Source: Klebsormidium nitens
Lineage: Eukaryota > Plantae > Klebsormidiophyceae
DNA length: 48,103 nucleotides
Direction of reading: 5' to 3'
NCBI GenBank assembly: GCA_000708835.1
Contig: DF237591.1
Location: 1-48,103 of the forward strand
The position numbers and the translations under genes are program-made. Shown here one piece after another: positions 37,412 to 48,103 of this stretch (the first letter of the stretch is position 1; the number at the start of each line of letters is the position of its first letter). The notes below the pieces were generated by a model. The model was not told where the DNA came from. It saw only the letters and a list, made by a program, of their open reading frames with translations, and ran no database searches.

Positions 37412-40340
37412 ATGCAGTCCCTTCTGACCAAGGCCGCCTGGCGCCAGCAATGGCGGGGCACCCTGACAGCGTTCCTCGCCCAGGCGTCTTCCGGTGTAAC
37501 AGGGGGAACCTGCCAACACCCTGATTGTAGAGCAGAGAGTTTTTCGTCATCGGCGCAAGGGGAATTGCAGCGGGCGGAGACCCCCACGATCAAGTCCCAG
37601 CTGCGAATGCTTTACAAGCGGGTGCATCCAGACTTGTTCCATGGTCATCCAGCCGAAAGGGTAGGGGTGATTTTCTCTGTTGTCGCATGCTGTTTACTCA
37701 CTGACCGTGGAAGGTTGTTATGTATTTAGTGATCCGGATTGTCTGGAGGTTTCAGATTGCAATGCTTCTTGCGAAGCCAAGGGAATTGCATGCGAAGGAG
37801 GCGCCAGGAAGAGCTTTTGAAGCGTTGCAATCTTTGTTTTACGTTTAAACCTGCTGCCCAGATATTCATTGAGCAGTGAGAGGATTTTTGATGCTCTGAT
37901 GACGTTCAATTTGCACTTCTGGCAATTTGCAGATGTGGATTAGGCATGTGCCAAAAGGCAGGGGGTTTTACAACCACCACGGAAGTCAACACTCAACTTG
38001 ATTCTACGTAGGTTGACTGACCTTTAAATCTTTACTGGATTGCAGGCCACCAACGAGCGCTCTTTCAAGCTGCTCCAAGAGTACCTTTCTGTCGCCCACG
38101 AAGGCTCCCATTCACCCTCGCGCCACTTCCGCTTTGAGTTCTTCCTCCACCCCAGCGAAGAAACTCCGCCTCCGGCTCCCACCTCAGAGCGAACCCCCAA
38201 TCTGGAGAAAGTCGAGGTCGCTCTTCCTCCCCCTCGCCACGCTTTTGGCACAAACGGCGAGCTAACCCAGTCCACGAGACGGGCGCTTGGGAAGCTCTTC
38301 GCCGCATGCGGCCTGGCGGCTGACATCAGCAGCCCCGACGACGACATCAGCATCCAGTCGCTTGGGGACCTGCTGCGGCATGCAGGAGAGACGGCGCGGC
38401 AGCGGGAGGCGGACGTGATGACGTCGTCAAGGAGGATGGTGATTGCGCGGAATGCGCTACGCATGGGGAGGGGCGTGAAGGCGGTGCTTCAGGGGCCGCT
38501 GTTGAGCGCACCGGCGCACGTGCAGGCGGAAGCTCTGGAGAAGCTAGCGAAAGCTTTGGATCTGGCACCGGATGCAGAGGTCGGGGGGATCACTTTCGTC
38601 CTCGGGGGGAAGCACGGGCTTGACGCGGCGACCGGAAACGTGTGGTTGAGATGGGACGCTAAAGCTACCGAGTGGGGGGCAAGGATCGCAGCGGTTGATA
38701 TGGACAGCGTGGTTCGTGCGAAACAGAGAGCGCTCGAGCGACAGTTCAAAGAGGCGCAGGTGGCGACCGTTGTGGGGGTTGAGATGGTCTACACCGATCA
38801 CGGAGTTGGGTCGAGCAGCGAGTATGAAGAGTGTTTGGACAGATTGGAGAGTCACGGGAGGGCTCGGGGCCCTGTAGAAGGGGGCATATTTAGTGAGGTG
38901 CCTTTGAGAGTAATACGAGGGGGGGACGAGGGAGTAAACGGTTTTGAGATTGACGAAAGGATGGGGTTTGTATCGGTGCCAGTGGGGGCGTCGGCTGAAG
39001 AGGTGAGACTATCGGAGTCTGGCAATCAGAGGTTACTGATGTATACTGTTGTCTAACGAGTCCCGAGCCGTCTTTGTTTGTTCGTCTACTCTGGCACCAG
39101 ATGTTGGCATTTTGGAAAGGACGTGGTTTTTGAAAAGATTGTGGCCAGCTCAAACGGCTCATAAAAAAGCATATTACTCAGGGAGCTGCAAGGGACAGCT
39201 CCGTTTGCCATTAGCGATCCGCCGAGAAATGTTGCATATGCTTCTGAAAGTTCTTAATCCGATGGGCGTCTTCAAGGGTCGATTTTTGAACTTCTGTGAT
39301 GTGTTGCAAGGTTGATTTTGCGTGCGGAACTGTTGAACTGCTCGCTTACAAGCATCTCAAACTATCCCATCTTCTTGTGGAAAGAGTTCTGTCGACTGCG
39401 TCGGTCTGTCAGAGACAGTCATCTGAGGGGTATGGTCGACATTTTTCTCGGAGTCTGGTAAAGAGTTGAGTACTGCAGGTTCTTTTAGAAATAGTCCCTC
39501 AGGCTAAATTTTGTTCCTACTTCGCGAAGGGAAGTGTAGCTTTCAAAGTTTGAAGCGGACCGTGGAGAACACTCCGTTGGGCATGCGAATTCCGAACAAC
39601 CTGAGGAAAGCCACTATTGTACCTTCGCTCTGAAGTATATATTGATGAGTCTCTGTCCCTTCAAAAGCATTATTGTAGCAGCCAATCTGTCGAATCGGAA
39701 AAAGGGGCAAGTTTCGCAGATACTGCTGACCTTTTGGCGCATTCAGTCTTTGGTTTGGTTTGGCGCCGAGTTGAGAAACCCGAATAAGAGGACTGTTCGT
39801 TGACCAAAAGAAGCTGGTTGGCTGAGAACCCGTTTATCTTGGCGAAGACAACATTTGGTGAGGGACAACATTTGTGGATCTCGTGTGCTTGTCTGAATGA
39901 GAGGACATATTCAAACAAGCACGTTGAAGGCGGTCCGCAGGCTGCCTTCGCCTGAGATGTGTTATTTGAAACTTATGTCATCCTCGTTACGCTTTGCTGA
40001 TCACGTGCTTCTTCCTCTACAGGTCTGGAGGTTTCTCGAGAAGCGTGGGCAAGAAGCGCTTGGCATTGTGCACCGCTTCCGATCAGCGGAGCAGAGGCTT
40101 GCTGACGTCAGTGCACACGTAAGAAAGAAACTTCGACTTCGGCACCTTTCTTTCGACTCTAGCATCAGTGCGGATCAGTACCTTCAGTGTTGCACGAAGT
40201 TGCTGAGACATGCAAGCACGCTGATACAATTAACAGACGGGCTGTCACTGTGTATTGGGAGCGTAGATAGGTTGCCGCAGGAAGGCGAAGATCCGCCTCT
40301 CGTGCACATGCGTTGGAACTTCTCAATAAACTCGCTGTAG
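37412..40340 (+). CDS. TCAIM-like protein (DUF4460/DUF4461 family), probably mitochondrial
   Basis: Exons 37412-37660, 38046-39002 and 40023-40340 are in frame. LRMLYKRVHPDLFHGHPAER/ATNERSFKLLQEYL resembles the TCAIM N-terminus, and the protein ends ..MRWNF. Start codon not certain. Confidence 0.75.
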
Positions 40341-41641
40341 TCGTTGATTATTGTAAAACGTTTCTGGTATTACATATCAGATTGAGGATGTGGTGGCATA
40401 TTGTTCATGCTGATGTGGACTGCGGAGTATTCTGAAATCAGTGCCGCATGATTTGGCAGAGCTATTTGGTACATCAAAGGCCGCATCATCATGTCTAAAC
40501 CTGATGGTAATATGTAGACAGACATGCAGTGCTGTACATATGCTGGCAATAATCGCGCGCAACGACAGACGTTAATTGAGGGCAGTTCATGCCGGCATGC
40601 CTTTCAAAAGCCTGCAAAGGCAACCCTTAAATACCGTACGTTTTCAATCCGACACGTAGTGCTTTCTCGTGAATACGTCGAATCGCGGTGTGGACTTCGA
40701 TCAAGCAACCACCGTGAATGTCAACGTCATGTATACGCGCATATTGATAATATAAATTCAAAACAATGGCGCACGTTGCGGTTGTGATTTGGTCATGCAC
40801 ATGTGCTAGCTTACGTCAAGCTTCATGGTGGCACTGAGGGCCGCCTACTATTAAACGATTAAGCTTTCTTGCAAGCTTGTCGAGGCGGCCTAGGGAAGAC
40901 AACCGTCATGCGCGTGTTTGATATACTGCGCTACCGTCGATTTTGATCGACAATCTGTTAAGCAATTATGATAGCGGCTGCCATGCTCGATCCGCATGCC
41001 AGGGCTCTAGAATGATATCAAAGCGGCGCGGCCTTTTGGAACCTGGGTCGATATAAGTCCTTTGAGTACGTACGGGCATATCGGTGCATGTGAAGCAAGA
41101 CTGGCGGGCGGCGGCGGTGACGAGCGACAAAGGTTACTGAGCCGTTACCTGACACAGTTCCATATGCATATGAGCAGTAGCAGACAGACACGCTGAGAAT
41201 CGAAAGGGGATTTAAAGCTACGACGGAATTTGGATGACGTGATATACCCTGCGATGGACCAGCATACCAATCAATAGTACCGGTTCGAAGATGAGATATA
41301 AAGTGATGGTGACTAATTTGTCCGAACTCCATTACGTTGCAGACTACCTAGTGAGAGGCACGTGTGACACGAAAATCAACGGAATACGGCAACCTTGTAA
41401 GTTTATGCAGACATCCTACAGACTACACCAGACGAACATTCCCGACGAATTTCCAATCCCAAGTTTTCAAACCAAAAACAGAGTGCTCCCTCCCTTGCCG
41501 CCTGCTCGTTTCAGTAAGACACCTCTTCGGCATGCAGGACGAGGCGTTCTGAGCCTTCACAAAAAGAATAAGAGATTCCGCTCTCCTCTACTCCAGTGCT
41601 CGGCTTATCCTACACCTCCAGGCGCGTGATGTCGCGCGTAC

Positions 41642-44318
41642 CTGGGGAACAAGACGTGTCGTGATAAGCTGTTCATCGGAGCACGGAGGGCCCATTCCTC
41701 CTTCTTCTGAGATCGCCCTTTTCCCGTAACTCTTTTCCCTAGGTCCTTCGAGACTGTGTCCCCTTCTCCCAGAACACTCTCGCCTTCCCCCCAAACCGAT
41801 CGATCTTCCCCCTGATTCACCAGACCTTCTTCCGAGACTTGGTCCCCATGCTCTTGAACCGTCGCCTCGGTCTCCGAGGGTGTGTCTCCTGTTTCCGGGT
41901 CTGTATCTTCTCCTGCGAAATAGTCTTTCGCCCCTCCAGTCCTTCCCAGGCCGTCTGAACCGGTCTCGCTCTGCAACTGGGCGTTCATCAAATCAACAGG
42001 CGCTCCCAACCTGGCAGTCTGACAGCTGTTCAGCATCGTGTTTCCTGACCCTCCGGATCCTCCGCTGCTCTTTTCGCGGCGAAGGGGGACGGGCGTACTG
42101 GCTGTTGGGCGCCTCCAATGTCACCTGAGGAATGGCGACGTAAAATTAGATGCTCAGAAGTGCTTTTCGAAAACAATCAGACACTCGGGTGCTCGAGATT
42201 TTATGCTGAGTCAAAAAGCAAAGGCGCTGAGTGGCAGCTTAAATCAGTTGAATTAACATAAAGGCAGGAATTATGAGATGACAGAAGACATCTAGCAAGA
42301 TCAAATGAAGTGCAGCAACAACTCGAAACGTTATCAGAGAAGGTGGAAGTCGATTGGACCATACAAGGGCCTGCTTTAGTTTTCTCACAACGGTTGAGAT
42401 CCAACAAGATACTTCAAATTAGCCCCCACCGACGAGACCTTCGTTCCACTATGTTGAAAGGAATAGACGCTTACTTCGACTCTTGAAAAGAATCGCTCCG
42501 CTCATCAACTTTCTCAAGCAGAAGCACTAAGTATACGAAGTACAAAACTCAAGAAAATAGATTTCGAAGAGAGGGGTAACCGGCGACATGAGAGCACAAA
42601 CTCGACAATCACTCAAAAAGAGCTTTCTGGGAGTACGGCTCCAAATGATGAATATATACCTGTGGCAAGAAAGCATCTCCTGGCGGTTGATGCCCCCCGC
42701 CGCGGCCTATCACTGGCCCGTCCTTCAGCTCAACCGACAGGGATCCGTCCTCCCCTTCCGACTCCCTTGGGCCGTCAGCGGAACGTCCTCGGCCCTTCCA
42801 AAATTCGTCCGGTGCCTTCTCCTTGATGTTTGCCGTCAGGGGATTGACTTCCTTGGGTTGTGGGAACGGTTTAAAAGCAGGCGCTGGTCTCTTCTTGTGG
42901 TCTCAGCACCAAAAACCTCTAGAGGTGGGGCGGGATGAGGCAGCTGGACGGGCGGCGGGCGGCAGCGCTGCGCGTTGTGTGACATGGACAGCGGGTCCCC
43001 CGGTCGTGCAGAGTACTTGCAACCGGGTTTCGGACAGGTGACTGCGGCGTTCGGACAGAACTGCAAGGGATTCTTCTTTTCAGTTCAGATATATAGCTGC
43101 GAAGTTTGGGAACGTTGAAGAGGCGCAAGTCACACAAGATGGGTACCACTGAAACGAAGGCTTGAATTTCAGGGTCTGTGAAGTGTCCCTTGGTCAGCAC
43201 GGATGTACGTCAAAGGGAACTTTAGAGTTGCACTCTCTTGTACCGTCTGTGATATGGAGACGTCAGCATACGTCAGACTCGGCTCTTGGTTCGGACACTG
43301 GATGTCAAAGAAAGAGTCCCAGCTTGTAGAAGTCAAATGGACTCCAAACTTCTCAGCGTTTAGGGCTGCCGTTGGGCAATTAAGCAGGCGCACCCCTTTC
43401 CGTTTACGTCCTCACAAACACCTTATCAGAATTTCTTTCCGTTTACTACGTCCAGGTCACAAACTACTTCTCAGACTTTCGTCATGAAAACCACGCGAAG
43501 GCGTACGTACCTCTGCTTAGTGCAAAGAAAAGTTCTCATAAAGGATCATCTCTCCACAGAAGGAACAGTTCTGCCGGCACTCCGCTCGGTGAACGTTCCG
43601 GTACGTCGCGCTCCACCATCTCGAGCTCAAAGTGAGGGCAGCGCACTGGGCGGAACTCGCATCCCTCCTCGTGCGTCTGTACATCGCTCTCCGTCCCAAG
43701 ATAGGGGCAACCGTCTTCAACCTGTCAATAGTGGTGAGACGAAGTCGAACCAAAGGGGGATGACTGCTCGTACATTGCTCTCTGTTTAGGAGGTGGCTGG
43801 GTGTCGAACGAACGTCTAACATCTGATTGTCATGGCAGCGCACAGCCATCAAGTCCGTCAAGTCGGGGGGTATAAGGCTCGAAATACCATGACTCGGCCA
43901 AGAAAATGACTTCGGAAAAGAAAAAACTCAAAATACTGGCCCAACAGAATGCTCTTCAGAGCTCGCTCTTTTGTCACTTCTGGTTACGTGCTGATCTCGA
44001 TATCTTTCATGCGCATTCCTTTCAAATGCATTCGAAACATTCTCATTCGACTTCTCTGACGCGGTACGGGTTATACTCACCCTTTCCCAGCGGTTCGTAG
44101 CTGTCTCCGCTACGAAGGCGAACTGACAGTACCGCGGCAAGCAAGCGACGGCATTCCGCATCGTCTCATTGCGCTAAAGGCGTAACGGATGCCCCTCCCC
44201 ATCCCCAACCAGAGATGCCGCAAGATGAGTTGCGTTGGGTAGGCAAGATTCGCAGAAGGTGGAGTTGCAGCATGCGCAGATAACAGGGTCCTCGAAGAAT
44301 TGTATGCAGATCGGGCAC
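41642..44318 (-). pseudogene. Disrupted RING/TRAF-type Zn-finger gene, paralogous to the gene at 14487-19665
   Basis: Exons 44318-44081, 43721-43511, 43060-42660 and 42018-41642. Partial RING CPIC..DPVICACCNSTFCESC, TRAF finger GCPYLG...HEEGCEFRPVRC, and CPKPGCKY. In-frame TAG (44174-44176) and TAA (43517-43519), plus apparent frameshifts in the 43721-43511 and 43060-42660 exons. Confidence 0.7.
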
Positions 44319-45516
44319 CTGCACACAGAAAGTTTCGACAGGCTGATCAGAACGCGACAGCCTTTTAGAATGAGGAGTCCAGACTAAGGTAGTTCACCCA
44401 GTAGTATAGAGCGACTCCCTTGACCGACGTGTCAGAACTTGCGCAATCAGCAGAAGACTAGAGTTTCTTAAGCCAGAGCAATCTGCTGAGACAACAAATA
44501 TTTGCATAATTTGCACCAGCAAGAGGGTGAAACATTCCGACCTTGAACGAAGGGCGCTTTCTGTCAAGAGCTTTCTGCCAGCGAGTCAGAGTCCACCGCA
44601 TCACAGAACGTTTGTAGCGTGAGCGTCTTGACCCTGCTACCGGTGAAGCTGTTCATGAATCCATAATCAAGATTCGCATGTTCGATTCCTCACGAGTTGC
44701 CCACCTTAGGCTACCTAGGGCTCGTGCAAGAGCTTCCCATCATATAGCATTTTACATCGAGAAGCTTGATGCATTGCATGATATTGACAGTGAGACTTAG
44801 CATATCCAAAAAGTCGTCCAGCCGGATCAAAGATGCATAGAGGATCGAGTTCGGCTACAGAGCAATACAAACAGCACTTCATGTAATCTCCCCATAATTC
44901 CACGTCGCTCTTCTTGCGCACATGGTTATATTTGTGCCCGTTCCCTCATCGATCTGGAAAGGTCTATAAGTAGGAATATGGCTTTCAGAAACGCACATGT
45001 TTTGGAGCCTCAGGATCCATCTAACCGTCTTCGCAAGACAGCTTATGAGTTGCTGCAACTGACAAGAAGCTCTTCGCTTGCACATTTTCAACACCTTATT
45101 TGCCAGCCGGAAGCTCGTGGCGAACTGTAGGTTTGTCAGAGTTGAAAACAATCCCTTGCTTCGCAAGGGGCCACATGCAAACCCACTAACAACGCAAAAG
45201 TCACATACACTGTTCTCAGATGCAAAATCTGGCCACATGTAATGAGGTTCAATGAGTATTGCAAAGGGTCAAGTAGCACCAGGGAGCCCACTATTCTCTG
45301 AAGCCCACTACCTGCTGCTCCAAAGTTTCTGATAAGTAGAACTTTGCTTAAATTCCAAAGCTACAAAGTAGATCTTTGGACCTTGATACTTCCTGTTAGC
45401 CATCTGGGAATAAATGCTCTATCAATCTTTGGTTTCGTTGCTTTTCGACGCAGATGCATAAGGCACGAAATACTACAACAAGGATTACCGTGTTGCGATC
45501 TAAGCAGCTGGCCTTA

Positions 45517-46495
45517 CTAGTTGCTGCTACCGATCGCCAGCCAGCGTGCTTGGGTGCCGTACGCCGAAGTCGTTTCCAGGGCACGGAAGGTGGCGGTGAA
45601 GCCGGTGGTGGTCACATTCTCCGGGAACACATAAACAGACAGTCCTTCTTCGACTCTGAAGACAGTAAGCTCCAGATTGGAAAGTGCGATGTGCACGATA
45701 GGCGGCTTGGTGAAGGGTGTCTTGAATGTGACGTTGTCTTGGAAGAACCGGTACTTCTCTGGCGTACTTGGTGGGTACACTCCCATGAACCCCGCCCCAA
45801 CCGTACCTTCCTCCAAGTGAAGGCCGTAGTTGACAGGCGGGGTCTGCTGGAGGGCTGTGAAAAAGCAGGAGGCAAGAAAGACGTCAGCATTCGCAAAAAA
45901 GTAAGAGAACCGTGCAGCCCAGAGAAACTGATCAGGACATGAAGAGACTGGATAGAAGACTCCCAAAGATTACGTCAGCATTTGCAGATAAGTAAGTGAA
46001 CCGTGCAGCCTAGAGAAACTTATCAGGACACAAGGAGACTGGATAGAAGACTCCCAAAGATTCCACTGAGCAAAGTGGAGCAGAGTACAATAGTAATGTG
46101 GCACGCCATAGCACTTTTTCAATCACGAAGCGGGACAGGTAGCCGCGACCAGAAAACTGAACGCTTGACAAACAACAGATACTGCTAGTTTCTGCCTACA
46201 AACAGAGTACTGTGACGTAAGATGGATTCTACGAATGCTAGGATACTTCATTTCTATTTACTGTAAATGCGTACCAGCCGCCCTTGAAAGCAGCTCATGT
46301 GCAATGTTTGTCCTTTTGCAACACGTTTGGATGCAGCAGATCAAAAACACTGCGTCATGATCCCGCAGGGGTGCAACGGGCGCGGCGTTAGCCAGGTTAG
46401 CAGAGACTGCATTTTCCATTGATTTCCGCTAGCTGCTCACCGATACTTGCGACCTGCTGAACTCCGTTCGCCGCTTGCGACGCTTGCAGAGACAT
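45517..46495 (-). CDS. Small H-type lectin domain protein (~130 aa)
   Basis: Exons 46495-46441 and 45854-45517 (phase 1). VTFKTPFTKPPIVHIALSNL...VFPENVTTTGF...ARWLAIG fits the H-type lectin pattern. Confidence 0.72.
45901..46062. repeat. Intronic direct repeat, ~71-bp unit, period 91 bp
   Basis: GTAAG.GAACCGTGCAGCC.AGAGAAACT.ATCAGGACA...GAGACTGGATAGAAGACTCCCAAAGATT at 45901 and 45992. Confidence 0.85.
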
Positions 46496-46946
46496 GTTGA
46501 CTTTGAGTCTCCCGAAGCAGCTGCTGGTCCCTTGGGCGGGCAGAACTTGCTTGGAGAAACTGGGAAAGAGGAAGAACCTGAACAAGACTGTCGTGGAAGT
46601 GTGGAAGGGTCCTGGAGCGGGCGCAAGAGACAGGGGATGAAAGGAGGATGGCGATACTTGGCTGTGTGAGAAATACAAGCAATCGAGGTGACTTTATACT
46701 CCTGAGACGTCGTCCTGAAGTCGTCTCAGGCTCTCAGCAGTGAGCAGTGAGCAGTTAATACTACTTAATAGCGGCAAGACTTCAGAGAGGGCAGTAAGAT
46801 CTGTAAAAGATGGATAATGGAGCAAGACCTTCAAAGTTCAGAGGGTAGTAACTTAGATCACTGTACGGCTAAGTACTAGTAATGGTAAGATGATACATCT
46901 GTAGAAGATGGAGCAAGATTCGATATTTATGATTATCCGTTACAGG

Positions 46947-47909
46947 CAGTGTTGTAACTCTTGTGTGCCCTACCGGTATTATCAGTGCACGTGCCCTAAG
47001 ATAGGCACCCTGGCACCCTGGGGACGGGACGTGGGGTTGGTTTGGTGGTTAGGGTGGGTTGGGGTACGGAGCGAGTGCATTTCTGGGTTAGGATTTTTAG
47101 TTTGTTCCCTTAGGGCACACCGTGCAGTGTTAAGATTGGGTGCCCGACCCCCGGTACAATGGCACCCAATGGCCGCGGGGACCCCCGAAGGGGTGCCCAA
47201 CGGGCACCCAAAGGTGGGTTGCTGGTGCCCTGGGACATACCTTGATTTTATGTGTGAATACCTTCGTGCAGAATACATAACATTGTACTATGGTGTTGAG
47301 CTTTGTGATTTACATTCTTTCGCACTCTTCGGTTTTCGGTGGCTGATTGCGATCTCCAGTGACCCCAACTGGCAACCAGCAGCTTGGGGGAGCACTGGGT
47401 TAATCCCGGTTGTCAACATCCGACTCTCAAGGGGCCAGTCTGAGTGTTTCAGGTATCCAACCCGTATCCAACTGACTCTAGCGCGCCGCGGTATGGCTAC
47501 CGGCTTCTTCCAACATGACACTGCTGGAGAATATGGTGATCCTTGAAACGCACTTCGGTCGGCTAGTACGGTTATGCACCAAGGTCCAAGGACCAAGGTC
47601 CAACCATTGTGATTAGAACAACGCTACTGTGGGCCTGGGGCGGCCCGCGGGCCGCTTGGGACACCCAATTGGCGCCCCCCAGGGTGCCAGCCGCCACTGG
47701 CGCTGGGCATCCAATCCCCAGGCCCCTGGGGTGCCCACCGGGCACGCAAAGACGACCGGCTGGGTGCCCCATGCAGGGCTCCCGACCGAAAAAGTTGATC
47801 TCAGCACTGGCCGCACACGAATGTAATAGGGCACACAGCTGGCTGCTGTACTAGGTGGGTACCGTTACCCGTATGTAGCCTGTTAGGGCAGTGGGCACAC
47901 AAGAGTTAC
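46947..47909. mobile_element. Non-autonomous TIR DNA transposon, possibly hAT-like, with GGGCAC/GTGCCC subterminal repeats
   Basis: Perfect 17-bp inverted repeat at 46954-46970 and 47893-47909. The left side is preceded by CAGTGTT, and GGCACCC/GGGTGCC motifs cluster at both ends. No transposase or TSD recognised. Confidence 0.6.
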
Positions 47910-48103
47910 CAGTATCATGCATGGCATCATGCCATGATGCCATGGCATGGCATCATGGCAATTTGACCAACAGTAGCTGCAAGTACATAGTGAACAGCTG
48001 TGCACACTGCACAGTGCACACTGCATGCGATTGATGCATGATGCAAAACGTAAGTGCAAAGCCCGGGCCAATGTTGGCACTGGGCAGGATGAATTCACAG
48101 TGC

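Noticed and set aside
46908-47546. 212-aa ORF as a transposase of the TIR element
   Set aside because: No DDE, BED or hAT dimerisation motif. It runs through the repetitive terminus and is likely a chance frame.

Overview
Eukaryotic, intron-rich genomic DNA. GT-AG introns, plant-type genes and a DNMT-carrying Gypsy element suggest a charophyte green alga such as Klebsormidium (inference). Bases 1 to ~13.7 kb are a decayed Ty3/Gypsy LTR retrotransposon whose 5' LTR is not visible in the window. Its frames can be rejoined into one ~3,700-codon polyprotein: Gag (2 CCHC plus 1 CHHC knuckle), a GC-rich unknown module, aspartic protease, a DNMT3-like C5 cytosine methyltransferase, RT, RNase H, integrase and a PHD finger. 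An extra ORF, a polypurine tract and an unusual 3' end with two 154-bp TG..CA repeats follow. The rest holds: a minus-strand gene combining TRAF-type Zn fingers, an AT-hook and an atypical bromodomain (14.5-19.7 kb); nested MITE-like elements (20.6-21.4 kb); a Tas-like aldo-keto reductase; an intronless EID1-like F-box gene; an At2g44870-like chloroplast protein; a TCAIM-like gene; a broken RING/TRAF paralog of the first gene; an H-type lectin; and a non-autonomous TIR element near the end. The strongest candidate system is a retrotransposon carrying both a DNA-methylation writer and a histone-tail reader. From memory, DNMT-carrying Gypsy elements have already been reported in Klebsormidium, so only the PHD pairing, the extra modules and the terminal structure may be new. 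All calls are manual motif recognition and hand splicing; no searches were run. No rRNA, tRNA or CRISPR array was seen.
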